Shown here: positions 51,904-62,148 of the stretch, in pieces
How the letters are laid out: each line of letters begins with the position of its first letter
How positions within the stretch are numbered: the first letter of the stretch is position 1
Assembly: GCA_015068455.1 (NCBI GenBank)
Contig: SVKO01000001.1
Span: forward strand, 489,738-553,737
DNA from: Oscillospiraceae bacterium
GTDB lineage: Bacteria > Bacillota > Clostridia > Oscillospirales > Oscillospiraceae
Direction: 5' to 3'
DNA: 64,000 bases
The notes under the pieces: generated by a model
The model's input: only the letters and a program-made list of their open reading frames with translations
Database searches by the model: none
Told to the model about the DNA's origin: nothing
Program-made: the position numbers and the translations under genes

Positions 51904-53247
51904 ATGAATAACGGAAGAGAACACTTAGGCAGCCGCCTTGGGTTCATCCTGCTGAGCGCAGGCTGCGCCATCGGCTGCGGCAACGTGTGGAAGTTCCCGT
52001 GGATGACGGGCGCCAACGGCGGCGGCAGCTTCGTGCTGATCTATATCCTCTGCCTGGCCCTGCTGGGTCTGCCCGTCATGATCATGGAGTTCGCTCTGGG
52101 CCGCGCGTCCCAGGCCAGCCCCGTGCGCATGTACCAGAAGCTGGAGAAGCCCGGCCAGAAGTGGCACCTGCACGGCTACCTTGCCCTGTTCGGCAATGTC
52201 GCCCTGATGGCCTTCTACACCGTGGTTTGCGGCTGGTTCATCTACTACTTCGTCCAGTTCCTGACCGGCAACACCGGCGAGTTGGGCTTTGGCCCCATGA
52301 TCACTAACCCCGGCGTCAACGTTCTGTATCTGGCGATCACCGTGGTGGTCGGCTTCGGCATCCTCTGCTTCAACCTGCAGGGCGGCCTGGAGCGCGTGAC
52401 CAAGTACATGATGGTCATCCTGCTCCTGCTCATGATCGTCTTGGGCATCCGCTCCGTCACGCTCTCCGGTGCTGCTGAGGGCCTCAAGTTCTACCTGCTG
52501 CCCGACTTCAGCAAAATCACACCCAAGGTCGTCGTCGCCGCTATGAACCAGGCCTTCTTCACCCTGAGCCTGGGCATCGGCTCCATGGCCATCTTCGGCA
52601 GCTACATCGGCAAGGAACGCTCCCTTATGGGCGAGTCCGTCAACATCATCGCCATCGACACCTTCGTGGCCCTGCTGGCAGGCCTCATCATCTTCCCTGC
52701 CTGCACCACCTACGGCGTTGAGGTCTCTGCAGGTCCTCCCCTGCTGTTCGACGCCATGAAGTCCGTCTTCCTGAATATGGCCGGCGGCCGCTGGTGGGGC
52801 ACCCTGTTCTTCCTGTTCATGGTCTTCGCCGCCATGTCCACGGTGCTGGCCGTGTTCGAGAACATCCTGGCCTGCGTCCGTGAGATGTTCGGCTGGAGCC
52901 GTCCCAAGGGCAGCGTCATCTGCGCCATCGTCATTTTCCTGCTGGCGCTGACCACCGCCCTGGGTTACAGCACCCTGGCGAATATGCACCCCCTCGGCGG
53001 AGAGACCGCGTGGCTGGACTTCTGGGATTTCATCGTCAGCAACAACCTGCTGCCGCTGGGCGCTCTGGCCTTTACCCTGTTCTGCTGCTTCAAGTTCGGC
53101 TGGGGCTGGGACAAGTTCATCGAAGAGGCCAACGCCGGCAAGGGCATGAAAGTGAAGAACTGGATGAAGCCCATCTTCATGTTCGTCGTTCCCGTGATCG
53201 TTCTCGTCATCTACGTTGTCGGTTGGATCGACTTCCTCAAAGCTTAA
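51904..53247 (+). CDS. sodium-dependent transporter, neurotransmitter:sodium symporter (SNF) family
   Basis: 447 aa. SRLGFILLSAGCAIGCGNVWKFPWMTG matches the NSS TM1 signature; 11-12 TM segments. Confidence 0.92.
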   Translation: MNNGREHLGSRLGFILLSAGCAIGCGNVWKFPWMTGANGGGSFVLIYILCLALLGLPVMIMEFALGRASQASPVRMYQKLEKPGQKWHLHGYLALFGNVALMAFYTVVCGWFIYYFVQFLTGNTGELGFGPMITNPGVNVLYLAITVVVGFGILCFNLQGGLERVTKYMMVILLLLMIVLGIRSVTLSGAAEGLKFYLLPDFSKITPKVVVAAMNQAFFTLSLGIGSMAIFGSYIGKERSLMGESVNIIAIDTFVALLAGLIIFPACTTYGVEVSAGPPLLFDAMKSVFLNMAGGRWWGTLFFLFMVFAAMSTVLAVFENILACVREMFGWSRPKGSVICAIVIFLLALTTALGYSTLANMHPLGGETAWLDFWDFIVSNNLLPLGALAFTLFCCFKFGWGWDKFIEEANAGKGMKVKNWMKPIFMFVVPVIVLVIYVVGWIDFLKA

Positions 53248-53267
53248 AAACAAAATGTTTAACTGTA

Positions 53268-53300
53268 ACCCCCGCTGCTCCGGCAGCGGGGGTTTTCGTT
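53268..53300 (+). terminator. intrinsic terminator
   Basis: ACCCCCGCTGC-tccg-GCAGCGGGGGT followed by TTTCGTT. Confidence 0.8.
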
Positions 53301-53323
53301 CACAGATCTTTTACATGGCGCGG

Positions 53324-53352
53324 TTGAAATGCGGACGGCGGCCTGCTATAAT
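53324..53352 (+). promoter_or_regulatory. sigma-A promoter of the PAP2_C-like gene
   Basis: TTGAAA (53324-53329), 17 nt, TATAAT (53347-53352). Confidence 0.65.
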
Positions 53353-53450
53353 GGGCGCGCATCCAATCTCCGGCAAAGGGGGCGAACGCCACGGACAACC
53401 GAAAATCTTCGCTGCTTCATCCGCTGCTGCCGCGGCATGCCGCCGCGCCG

Positions 53451-54056
53451 GTGGCGATGATGCTGGCCGTCAATGCGCTGACATTCTCCGGCACGCGGCT
53501 GCTGCACACCGGCATTGCGCCCCGCAGCCTGGCCACGGCGCTGGACGCCGCGATCCCCTTCGTCCCGGCCATGATCGTCATCTATTTGCTGGCGTTCATC
53601 CATTGGTTTCTGGGATATCTGGTGCTGGCCCATGAGCCGAAGCGCACCTGCTGGCGGTATGCGCTGGCCTTTTCCGCCGCGCTGCTGCTGGGCGGCGTCT
53701 GCTTTCTGGTGTTCCCCACCGTGATGGAGCGCCCCGTGCCGGAGGGCCGGGACTGCTTCAGCCGCCTGGTGGCATGGATCTACGCGATCGACACGCCGGA
53801 CAACCTTTTCCCCTCCTTCCACTGCCTGCAGAGCTGGCTGTTCACCCGCCTGCTCTGGCATTCGCCCCGGGTACGCAGGCCCTGGAAGCTCGCATCCGCG
53901 GTCTTTACATTCGCCGTATTCGCCGCGGTGCTGCTGGTGAAGCAGCATGTGCTCGTGGATATCCCCGCCGGCGTCATCGCCGCCGAGCTCGGACTGCTGC
54001 TGACGCGGCCCCTGTTCCGCGGGCAAAAGCAGACCGCCGCGGCGGCCGAAGCCTGA
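53451..54056 (+). CDS. PAP2-related (PAP2_C / sphingomyelin-synthase-like) membrane phosphotransferase
   Basis: 201 aa from GTG 53451 (ATG at 53457 is an alternative; the start is uncertain and no clear RBS is seen). Motifs NLFPSFHCLQSW and KQHVLVDIPAG (H and HxxxD of the PAP2 C2/C3 motifs); 5-6 TM segments. Confidence 0.7.
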   Translation: MAMMLAVNALTFSGTRLLHTGIAPRSLATALDAAIPFVPAMIVIYLLAFIHWFLGYLVLAHEPKRTCWRYALAFSAALLLGGVCFLVFPTVMERPVPEGRDCFSRLVAWIYAIDTPDNLFPSFHCLQSWLFTRLLWHSPRVRRPWKLASAVFTFAVFAAVLLVKQHVLVDIPAGVIAAELGLLLTRPLFRGQKQTAAAAEA

Positions 54057-54066
54057 TTATTGAACA

Positions 54067-54105
54067 AAACGCCCCGGTTTTCCAGTTCGGAAAACCGGGG
54101 CGTTT
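54067..54105. terminator. bidirectional intrinsic terminator
   Basis: AAACGCCCCGGTTTT-loop-AAAACCGGGGCGTTT, a 15-bp stem between convergent genes. Confidence 0.85.
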
Positions 54106-54112
54106 GCGTTGG

Positions 54113-55918
54113 TTACATTTCGTCGTAGGGGTCGTAGGTCTGCGCCGAATGCCGGCGGGGATCGTTGTGGCGGACCCGGCCCGCGGGCTTTGGCTGCGGC
54201 ACGCGCGTCCGCTTCGGCGGAGCGACGCGCCTGCGCTTTTTCTGCACAAGCTCTCCGCGGGCGTAGGCCAGCACGTTCCGAAGATAGCTGCGGAATTTGG
54301 CGGCCTGCCGGGGCACCGGCTTCTGGCCGGGCTCGAAGAGGGCGCATTCGTCCAGCTTGAGGCCGTCAAAGGCCTGGCAGAACTGCCGGTCCACGCCGAG
54401 GGCTTCGGCGTAGAGCAGGGTGCGGTAGTAATACTGGGGGTCGGCCGTCAGGAGCTGCTGGGCATACTCCGGGGTGATGGTGCGCAGATATTTGCGCCAG
54501 CCCAGCAGATCCGAGAGCAGATCCACCCCGTTCTGCCGGCGCTTCGGCCCGAAGAGCAGCGCCGCGGCGGCCAGCACGGAGAACAGCAGCGCCGCAACCA
54601 GCGTCCCGCCGCTGCGGGAGACGCGCAGCACGACGATCAGCGCGATCAGGCAAACCGCCAGCACGACAATGGGCTGCCTGCGGCGGCGCTGCGGCAGACG
54701 GCCCAGGCCGTACTGCAGAGCGGCGCCCCAGATGAGCCCGGCAAAGGCGGACACCGCCAGAAGCAGCGGCCGCAGGGTCATGCTGGGGATCACCTTGTCC
54801 GCACAGGACAGGGCGGCGAAGCCGCAGATGAGGATGGCGCACAGACGCAGCAGGCCGGGGATGCCGGGCTTATCCTCGAAGATGCGGCCGTACCAGTAGG
54901 CGCGGGCGGTTTTGTTCGCCCGTTTCTGGGCGGCGGCCCAGGCGCCGGTGCCGCTGGCCACCGTGTCCTTTTTTGTGAACAGCTGGGTGAAGACCTCCTG
55001 CTCATAGGCGCTGCGCTCATTGCCCATGGGAATGAGCCGGGTGAGCAGCAGCCGTCCGCCCCGCAGCCTGGCGGCGCGGACGTAGCCGTTGGCGGCCCAG
55101 TCCAGGGCCATCAGCGCCAGATCCGGCGTCTGACCGGTGAGCAGCATGGACGCCACGCCGGGCTCCACGCCCATGGGGGCGCGGGTCTGGGGCTCGATCC
55201 GGGGCAGGGGCGAGCGCAGGGCGCGCCACCAGTAAACGGCGCCGAACAGCGCCAGCAGGATCATGGCGATCCGGTCAAAGAGAAGGGTGCGTCCGGCCAC
55301 ATTGCGCAGGGCGAAATAGTCCGGCTCCGTCTCCAGCCGCAGGTCCAGGGTCTCGCCCACCAGCATGGGCTCCATGCTTTCGGCGGTGATCACGCCCTCG
55401 GGGGAGACGCGGATGGTGAGAAAATTGTCGATGCCGTCGGCGTAATAGCCGCTTGAGAATTCCGGGATGGCTTCAAATGCGCCGGGCATCTGCACTCTGG
55501 CGGAGAAATGATCCACGTCCGCGTCTTTGATGGCGCCGAGCAGCCGCACGCTGAACTGCTGCGATTCGCTGCCCGCGGCCACGGTGTTGCGGATCGTATA
55601 GCTCAGATGCAGATCCATCGGGAAGGACAGGCCGGATTCGCCGCCCAGAAGGACGGTGCTTTGACCGCCGGAGCGGGACACCTTGGCCTTCTGACCGGCG
55701 ATATGTACGCCGGAGACGTTGGGGCCCAGGGCAATGGACAGGCTGTCCACCGGCGCCTCCGCCGTCAGATGGGCGGAGACCTCGGCCTTGGCGGTGCCGT
55801 TTTCGTCCACCGTCATTTCGACGGTCATCTTTTCGGCCTTCACAGCCGCCGCCGAGGCGCTGAGCGTCAAGGCGAGAATGCAGGCGCTGACAATCAGCAG
55901 CCGCAACAGCCGCTTCAT
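54113..55918 (-). CDS. DUF2207 domain membrane protein
   Basis: Start reset to ATG 55918 (MKRLLRLLIVSACILALTLSASA signal peptide; AAAGGAGAG RBS). Large extracytoplasmic N-domain, then several TM segments and a basic C-terminal tail, the usual DUF2207 layout. Confidence 0.78.
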   Translation of the reverse strand: MKRLLRLLIVSACILALTLSASAAAVKAEKMTVEMTVDENGTAKAEVSAHLTAEAPVDSLSIALGPNVSGVHIAGQKAKVSRSGGQSTVLLGGESGLSFPMDLHLSYTIRNTVAAGSESQQFSVRLLGAIKDADVDHFSARVQMPGAFEAIPEFSSGYYADGIDNFLTIRVSPEGVITAESMEPMLVGETLDLRLETEPDYFALRNVAGRTLLFDRIAMILLALFGAVYWWRALRSPLPRIEPQTRAPMGVEPGVASMLLTGQTPDLALMALDWAANGYVRAARLRGGRLLLTRLIPMGNERSAYEQEVFTQLFTKKDTVASGTGAWAAAQKRANKTARAYWYGRIFEDKPGIPGLLRLCAILICGFAALSCADKVIPSMTLRPLLLAVSAFAGLIWGAALQYGLGRLPQRRRRQPIVVLAVCLIALIVVLRVSRSGGTLVAALLFSVLAAAALLFGPKRRQNGVDLLSDLLGWRKYLRTITPEYAQQLLTADPQYYYRTLLYAEALGVDRQFCQAFDGLKLDECALFEPGQKPVPRQAAKFRSYLRNVLAYARGELVQKKRRRVAPPKRTRVPQPKPAGRVRHNDPRRHSAQTYDPYDEM

Positions 55919-55994
55919 GGCGGTCTCTCCTTTCATAAAATACTAAAACAGGTATATTTCAGTATAGCATAGAACCGGGGCAGTGTCAAAAGAA

Positions 55995-57956
55995 CTACCT
56001 GGCGCCGCGCAGCTCGATGATCTGGTCGCGCAGGGCGGCGGCATATTCGAATTCCATCATGCGGGCGGCCTTGCGCATCTGCTTCTCCAGCCTGGCGATG
56101 GCCTCCTCCCGCTCGCGCTTGGTCATCTTCACGCCGCCTTCGCGCATGACCTGGGCAGCGTCGCGGCTGATCTCGATGAGCTCGCGCACGTCCTTGACGA
56201 TGGTCTTCGGCACGATGCCGTGGGCCTCGTTGTAGGCGCTTTGGATGGCCCGGCGGCGGTTGGTCTCGTCGATGGCGGCGCGCATGGCGCCCGTTTCGTG
56301 GTCGGCGTACATGATGACCCGGCCTCCGGCGTTGCGGGCGGCGCGGCCGATGGTCTGGATGAGGGAGGTCTCGGAGCGGAGGAAGCCCTCCTTGTCCGCG
56401 TCGAGGATCGCCACCAGGGCCACCTCCGGCAGATCCAGGCCCTCGCGCAGGAGGTTGATGCCCACCAGCACGTCGAATTTTGCCAGGCGCAGATCGCGGA
56501 TGATCTCCATGCGCTCCATGGCGCCCACATCCGAGTGCATATAGCGCACGCGGATGCCCGCTTTGCCCAGGTAGTCCGTCAGATCCTCGGCCATTTTCTT
56601 GGTCAGGGTGGTGACGAGCACGCGCTCGCCGCGGGAAATCACGCCGTGGATCTCGGTGATGAGATCGTCGATCTGCCCGTCGATGGGCCGGACGATGACC
56701 TCCGGGTCCAGCAGGCCGGTGGGCCGGATCACCTGCTCGGCGATCTGTCCGGCGCGCTCGCGCTCGAAGGGGGCGGGGGTGGCGGAGATATAGATGCGCT
56801 GGCCCAGCTTGCTCTCGAATTCATCGAAGGTCAGGGGCCGGTTGTCGAAGGCCGAGGGCAGGCGGAAGCCGTACTGCACCAGGCTCTCCTTGCGGGAGCG
56901 GTCGCCGTTGTACATGGCGCGCACCTGGGGCAGGGTGACGTGGCTCTCGTCCACCATCAGCAGGAAATCGTCGGGAAAATAGTCGATGAGGGTCATGGGC
57001 GGCGTGCCGGGGGCCCGGCCGGAGATGACCCGGGAATAGTTCTCGATGCCGGTGCAGAAGCCGATCTCCTGCATCATCTCGATGTCGTAACGGGTGCGCT
57101 GGGCGATGCGCTGGGCCTCCAGGAGCTTGCCGCGCTCCTCAAAGTACTTCACGCGCTCGTCCATCTCCCGCTCGATCTCCCGGATGGCCCGCTCCATCTT
57201 CTCCCGGGTGGTGACGTAGTGGCTGGCGGGATAAATGGCCACATGATCCAGGATCCGCTCCGGCAGACCGGTGACGGCGTTGATCTCGCTGATGCGGTCC
57301 ACCTCGTCGCCGAAGAACTCCACACGGATGGCCCTGCCCGCCCAGTAGGCGGGGTAGATCTCCAGGGTGTCGCCCCGGACGCGGAAGGTATTGCGGGTGA
57401 AATTGATATCGTTGCGCTCATAGCGGATCTCCGTGAGCTTGCGCAGGATCTCATCCATGGGGCGGCTCTGGCCGATGCGCAGGGAGATGACCATGTTCTG
57501 ATAGTCGATGGGGTCGCCCAGACCGTAGATGCACGATACCGACGCCACCACGATCACGTCCCGCCGCTCGAACAGGGCGGAGGTGGCGCTGTGGCGCAGG
57601 CGGTCGATCTCCTCGTTGACGGAGGAGTCCTTTTCAATGTAGGTGTCGGTGTGGGCAATGTAAGCCTCGGGCTGGTAATAGTCGTAGTAGGAAATGAAGT
57701 ATTCCACCGCGTTCTCCGGGAAAAACTCCCGGAACTCCGAGCAGAGCTGGGCGGCCAGGGTCTTGTTGTGGGCCAGTACCAGGGTGGGCCGGTTGACCCG
57801 CGCGATGACGTTGGCCATGGTGAAGGTCTTGCCCGAGCCGGTGACGCCCAGCAGCACCTGCTCACTGAGGCCCAGGTCCAGGCCCTGCACCAGGGCGTCG
57901 ATGGCCTGGGGCTGATCGCCGGTGGGTTCATAGGGGGCGTGGAGGCGAAATTCCAT
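55995..57956 (-). CDS. uvrB: excinuclease ABC subunit B
   Basis: 653 aa. [12 protein letters not shown] Walker A, DESHVT, beta-hairpin region [11 protein letters not shown]-terminal UVR domain ([13 protein letters not shown]). Confidence 0.97.
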   Translation of the reverse strand: MEFRLHAPYEPTGDQPQAIDALVQGLDLGLSEQVLLGVTGSGKTFTMANVIARVNRPTLVLAHNKTLAAQLCSEFREFFPENAVEYFISYYDYYQPEAYIAHTDTYIEKDSSVNEEIDRLRHSATSALFERRDVIVVASVSCIYGLGDPIDYQNMVISLRIGQSRPMDEILRKLTEIRYERNDINFTRNTFRVRGDTLEIYPAYWAGRAIRVEFFGDEVDRISEINAVTGLPERILDHVAIYPASHYVTTREKMERAIREIEREMDERVKYFEERGKLLEAQRIAQRTRYDIEMMQEIGFCTGIENYSRVISGRAPGTPPMTLIDYFPDDFLLMVDESHVTLPQVRAMYNGDRSRKESLVQYGFRLPSAFDNRPLTFDEFESKLGQRIYISATPAPFERERAGQIAEQVIRPTGLLDPEVIVRPIDGQIDDLITEIHGVISRGERVLVTTLTKKMAEDLTDYLGKAGIRVRYMHSDVGAMERMEIIRDLRLAKFDVLVGINLLREGLDLPEVALVAILDADKEGFLRSETSLIQTIGRAARNAGGRVIMYADHETGAMRAAIDETNRRRAIQSAYNEAHGIVPKTIVKDVRELIEISRDAAQVMREGGVKMTKREREEAIARLEKQMRKAARMMEFEYAAALRDQIIELRGAR

Positions 57957-57957
57957 A

Positions 57958-58491
57958 TCAGGTCTCCTTTTTCCGGAAAATGCGGGAAGAAACGAACTGG
58001 CCGAGGGCGCCGCACAGGGCGCCGAGGGCGATCCCGGCGAACACGTCGGTGGGATAGTGGAGGTAGAGATACAGACGGGAAAAGGCGATCACAAAGGCGA
58101 GGATCACGACCGGGATCGCCAGTCTGCTGCGCTTCCAGGCCAGGGCGCCGGATACGGCGAAGGCCGCGGCGGCATGGCCCGAGGGGAAGGAGGCGTCCGT
58201 CGGCGCCCGGACCAGCAGGGCCACGTCCCGGAGGACGTAGGGCCGGACACGGCTCACCAGGGGCTTGATGCACACGTTGCACAGAAGCAGATCGAAGATC
58301 AGCGCCAGCGCCACGCACAGCCCCAATCTGCGGGTCTTTGGGATACACAGCAGCGCCAGGGCAAAGACGATCCAGAGGATCCCGCCGTCGCCCAGATGGG
58401 TGAGCGTCGAAAACAGCGAATCCAAAAACGGCGTCCGGCAGTGCTGCAGTGCGTCCAGCACGGACAGATCCCAGGTTGTGATCGGATCCAT
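57958..58491 (-). CDS. PAP2-family lipid phosphate phosphatase
   Basis: 177 aa. [31 protein letters not shown], the three PAP2 motifs. Its stop is 1 nt before the uvrB ATG. Confidence 0.88.
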   Translation of the reverse strand: MDPITTWDLSVLDALQHCRTPFLDSLFSTLTHLGDGGILWIVFALALLCIPKTRRLGLCVALALIFDLLLCNVCIKPLVSRVRPYVLRDVALLVRAPTDASFPSGHAAAAFAVSGALAWKRSRLAIPVVILAFVIAFSRLYLYLHYPTDVFAGIALGALCGALGQFVSSRIFRKKET

Positions 58492-58581
58492 AGGTTGCTC
58501 CTTTTTGAAAAGAATCAGAGTGTCGCAGCCTTCCCCTGGAGGGGAAGGCTTTGGCGGCGTTCTCTTGCGTTCGGTGCGTGT

Positions 58582-60333
58582 TCAGTCGGGGATCGACAGC
58601 CGCTTGACCGCCTCCGGGTCGGGGGTGACGTAGCCGGTGCGGTAGCGGTCGTAGATGACCATGCCGGGCTTGGCCCCATTCGGTTTTTTCACATTGCGCA
58701 CCTGGGTGCAGTCCACGGCCACGCCCTGGCCGTCCCGGGCGCGGGAATAGTACGCGGCCAAAATCATGGCCTCGGTGACGGTGCTGTCCGGCGGCTCGGC
58801 GCCGCCGCAGACGATGATGACGTGGCTGCCGGGAATTTTCTGCACATGCAGCCACAGATCCGTCCTTGCCGCCGTGCGCAGGGTCAGCGCGTCGTTCTGG
58901 CGGTTGTTGCGGCCCACCAGAATGGGGAAGCCGTCGGAGCTCAGGAAGCTCATGGGCTTGGAGGGGGGCAGCTTCATGCGCTTTTTCGCCCCGCGCTCAT
59001 GCAGATAGCCCCCGGAGAGCAGCTCCTCACGGATCTCCAGAAGATCCCGGTCGGTCTCGGCCCGGGAGAGGGCGTCGAGCACGCTCATGAGATACTCGAG
59101 CTCTTCCTCGCCCTTTTGGATCTGCTCGGTGAGGTATTTTTCGGCGTTTTTCGCCTTGGCGTAGTCTTTATAAAATTTCGCCGCGTTGGCCTGCGGAGAA
59201 ATCGCGGGATTCAGGGGGATGTCGATGGACTTCATCTCGGGATCATAGAAATCCACCGCGCTCAGGCGCACCTGCCCCCGCTCGATCTGGTGGAGATTGG
59301 CGGTGACGATGTCGCCGAGCTGGCGCAGGCGGTCGCGGCCGTAGGTGGCCTCCAGCTCCTGCCGTTGATGGGCCAGCTTGCGGGCAGTGCGGTCGCGCAG
59401 ATTGGAGATCTCCCGGACCATGGCCTGGGATTTCTGGCGCATGCGGTCGGCGGTGTCCCGGGCGGCGTAAAAGGCGTCGAGCATGGCGGAAAAATCGGGA
59501 AAGACCTCGGTTTTCAGTGCCGCTTCATATTGCCCGATGGGGGTGCAGGAGAAGTCGAAGCCCCGTCCGTCGGGCCGGCGCAGCAGGGTCGGCTGCCAGG
59601 GGCCCCGGATCAGCGAGGCCAACCGGGCGCACAGCTTCCCGGCCAGGTCATGGACGTCCGCCGGCACGGGGGTATCCACATTGCCGGTCGCGCGGTAGGC
59701 CAGCTCCCGGCACAGCAGGGGGGACAGGCCGAAAAAAGCATCCAGCAGCACCCGGTCCAGGGGATCGCCGGTACGCGCGGCCAGCAGGTCGGCCAGGGCC
59801 TCGGGCCCGGCCAGGGCGGGATCGGATTTTTCCTGCTTCGGGGGCAGCTCATAGCGCAGCCCCGGCAGCACCGGCCGGCGCTCGGACATGGTCAGGTCCA
59901 CGCGGCGCAGGCAGTCGATCACCCTGCCGTCCGGCCCGACCAGGATCAGGTTGGAGGTGCGGCCCATGAGCTCGGCCACCAGCCGCTTTTCCGCCACCTC
60001 GCCCAGCTCGTCGGTGCAGGAGAAGGTGAGCGCCACGCAGCGCTCCAGCCCCGCCTGCTCGATGCGCACGAAGCGGCCGCCCTGCAGATGCTTGCGCAGC
60101 AGCATGCAGAACATGGGCGGCTTCGCCGGATTCTCCGTGGCCATCTGCGTCAGATGGATGCGCGGATAGCCCGGATTGGCGCAGAGGTACAGCCGCCGGG
60201 TCCCGGCGCGGGAGCGCAGCTGGAGCACCAGGCTGTCGCGGGTGGACTGGTGGATCTTGTCGATGCGGCAGTCGGCCAGAGCGTCGGACAGCTCCGCGGT
60301 CACCGCCTTGAGGGTCAGGGCGTCAAAGGGCAT
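58582..60333 (-). CDS. rqcH: ribosome quality control protein RqcH (NFACT / FbpA family)
   Basis: Start reset to ATG 60333 (MPFDALTLKAVTAELSDAL..; GGGAGG RBS). NFACT-N, coiled coil, NFACT-R (LHVQKIPGSHVII); 583 aa. Confidence 0.9.
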   Translation of the reverse strand: MPFDALTLKAVTAELSDALADCRIDKIHQSTRDSLVLQLRSRAGTRRLYLCANPGYPRIHLTQMATENPAKPPMFCMLLRKHLQGGRFVRIEQAGLERCVALTFSCTDELGEVAEKRLVAELMGRTSNLILVGPDGRVIDCLRRVDLTMSERRPVLPGLRYELPPKQEKSDPALAGPEALADLLAARTGDPLDRVLLDAFFGLSPLLCRELAYRATGNVDTPVPADVHDLAGKLCARLASLIRGPWQPTLLRRPDGRGFDFSCTPIGQYEAALKTEVFPDFSAMLDAFYAARDTADRMRQKSQAMVREISNLRDRTARKLAHQRQELEATYGRDRLRQLGDIVTANLHQIERGQVRLSAVDFYDPEMKSIDIPLNPAISPQANAAKFYKDYAKAKNAEKYLTEQIQKGEEELEYLMSVLDALSRAETDRDLLEIREELLSGGYLHERGAKKRMKLPPSKPMSFLSSDGFPILVGRNNRQNDALTLRTAARTDLWLHVQKIPGSHVIIVCGGAEPPDSTVTEAMILAAYYSRARDGQGVAVDCTQVRNVKKPNGAKPGMVIYDRYRTGYVTPDPEAVKRLSIPD

Positions 60334-60736
60334 TCTGGGCCTCCCATCCGATGGAGAACAGCTCCTCGATCCGGTCGAGCTGACCGGACAGGTAGAGGCT
60401 GCCCAGCAAAGCCTCCAGGCCGGTGGCTTTGGCGTACTGGCCGTGGGTGGCGTTCTTGGGGATGGCGTGAACATGGGCGTTGCGGCCGCGGCGATAGACC
60501 GCCAGCTCCTGCTCGCTCAGCGACGGCAGGATCGCGTCGGCGAATACCGCCTGGGCGGGGGCGGACACGTGCTCCACCGTGATCCGGTGCAGATGCTCGG
60601 ACTTTGCCACGCCGGACAGGCACAGGCGCGTGCGCACCAGCAGCTCAAAGACGCAGTCGCCCATGTGGGCCAGACCCAGCGCCGAGATGGCGCTGAGCTC
60701 CGTGCTGCGCATGGTCGGGTGAAACAGTTCCTGCAA
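60323..60736 (-). CDS. mrnC: Mini-ribonuclease 3
   Basis: 137 aa. LSAISALGLAHMGDCVFELLVRTRL and RGRNA motifs of Mini-III. The 3' end overlaps the rqcH start by 11 nt. Confidence 0.88.
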   Translation of the reverse strand: MQELFHPTMRSTELSAISALGLAHMGDCVFELLVRTRLCLSGVAKSEHLHRITVEHVSAPAQAVFADAILPSLSEQELAVYRRGRNAHVHAIPKNATHGQYAKATGLEALLGSLYLSGQLDRIEELFSIGWEAQNAL

Positions 60737-60787
60737 AATGCGTTCCTCCGTTCGGTTGTTTTTTACATCATAGCATACTTTTTAATA

Positions 60788-60830
60788 AAAGAAAAGCGCG
60801 GCAAACCCGCAGGCGGCTGCCTGCGGGTTT
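60788..60830 (-). terminator. probable terminator after ricT
   Basis: AAACCCGCAGG-loop-CCTGCGGGTTT stem. On the minus strand the T-run (TTTTCTTTT) starts 7 nt after the stem, so efficiency is uncertain. Confidence 0.5.
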
Positions 60831-60840
60831 GGGGTTCGGC

Positions 60841-62118
60841 TTATTTTTGCTCCGGCTTGCCGCCCTCGCGGCGGCGGTAATGGCGCCGGCGGCCGGGCTT
60901 TTTTGCGCCCTCTTCGCGGGGCGGCTTCTGGGCGGGATGCTTCTCGTCCCTGGCCCGCTCCTTGCCTTTTCCGGACTTGGCGGGTTTTTCCTGGGCCTTT
61001 GCGGGCTTTTCCTGCTGCCTGGGCTTCTCTCCGGCATCGGGCCGGCGGCCGCGGCCGCGGCGGTTCCGGCGCGGCGGCTGCTCGGATTCGTTCTTTTCCG
61101 GCTCCCGGTGGGCGGTATCTCCGCTGGAACGGAGCACCACAGGCTCCAGCGGCTCCATGGCGGGCGCGGAGGAGCGCAGGCGCGTGCGCGGCTCGCGATT
61201 GCCGGAAATGGGGGCCAGATCCTTAGGGATAGGGGGATCGTTTTTGTGCGCCTTGCCGCTGCGCAGCACGGCGATTTCGTCGTTGGGATAGCTGTGGATC
61301 TCCTCGGGATGGTCCTCCATGCGCACCTTGACGCTCTGGCGCAGCAGGTTCACCTCGGTGACGGTGCCGCGGCCGTCGGGGGTATCGACGAAGGATTCGT
61401 TCTTCGGGCTGGTGCGCAGCAGATCCTCGTAGGCCTCCTGCTCGTACTTGAGGCAGCACATGAGTCTGCCGCAGGTACCGGAGATCTTTGTGGGGTTCAG
61501 GCTGAGATTCTGCACCTTGGCCATTTTGATGGATACGGGCTGGAACTCCTCCAGGAACTGGCTGCAGCAGAAGGGCCTGCCGCACACGCCCAGTCCGCCC
61601 ACCATTTTGGCCTTGTCGCGCACGCCGATCTGGCGCAGCTCAATGCGGGTACGGAACACCGCGGCCAGGCTCTTGACCAGCTCGCGGAAATCCACGCGGC
61701 CGTCGGCGGTGAAGAAGAAGAGGATCTTGCTGCCGTCGAAAGCGTATTCCGCCGACACGAGCTGCATTTCCAGCCCCTGCTCTTCGATCTTCTGCAGGCA
61801 CACGTCGTAGGCCCGCTTTTCCTTCTCGCGGTTTTCTGCGGCGGTGCGCTCGTCGGCCTCGGTGGCGATGCGGAGCACCCGGCGCAGGGGAAGGACCACG
61901 TCGGACACGCGCACGGTGTGGTTCCCGGCGGTGCAGGCGCCGAACTCCACGCCGCGGGCGGTATCGATGATCACGTGGTTCCCGGCGGCGATTTCCAGGT
62001 CGCCGGGATCGAAATAATAGACCTTTCCGCCGGAGCGGAACGTCACGTCCACCACCTGTACGGAGGTGTTGGGATCCGGCTGCTGTTCGCGCACGGATTC
62101 CGTCATCAGTTCATCCAT
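60841..62118 (-). CDS. ricT: PSP1-domain protein RicT (YaaT) with a long basic C-terminal extension
   Basis: 425 aa. The PSP1 core includes GVCGRPFCCSQFL and ISGTCGRLMCCLKYE Cys motifs. The last ~150 aa are K/R/E/P-rich low complexity (QEKPAKAQEKPAKSGKGK..RRRHYRRREGGK). Confidence 0.9.
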   Translation of the reverse strand: MDELMTESVREQQPDPNTSVQVVDVTFRSGGKVYYFDPGDLEIAAGNHVIIDTARGVEFGACTAGNHTVRVSDVVLPLRRVLRIATEADERTAAENREKEKRAYDVCLQKIEEQGLEMQLVSAEYAFDGSKILFFFTADGRVDFRELVKSLAAVFRTRIELRQIGVRDKAKMVGGLGVCGRPFCCSQFLEEFQPVSIKMAKVQNLSLNPTKISGTCGRLMCCLKYEQEAYEDLLRTSPKNESFVDTPDGRGTVTEVNLLRQSVKVRMEDHPEEIHSYPNDEIAVLRSGKAHKNDPPIPKDLAPISGNREPRTRLRSSAPAMEPLEPVVLRSSGDTAHREPEKNESEQPPRRNRRGRGRRPDAGEKPRQQEKPAKAQEKPAKSGKGKERARDEKHPAQKPPREEGAKKPGRRRHYRRREGGKPEQK

Positions 62119-62148
62119 AATAACTCCTGTTCTGGTGATTGTCAGTAT

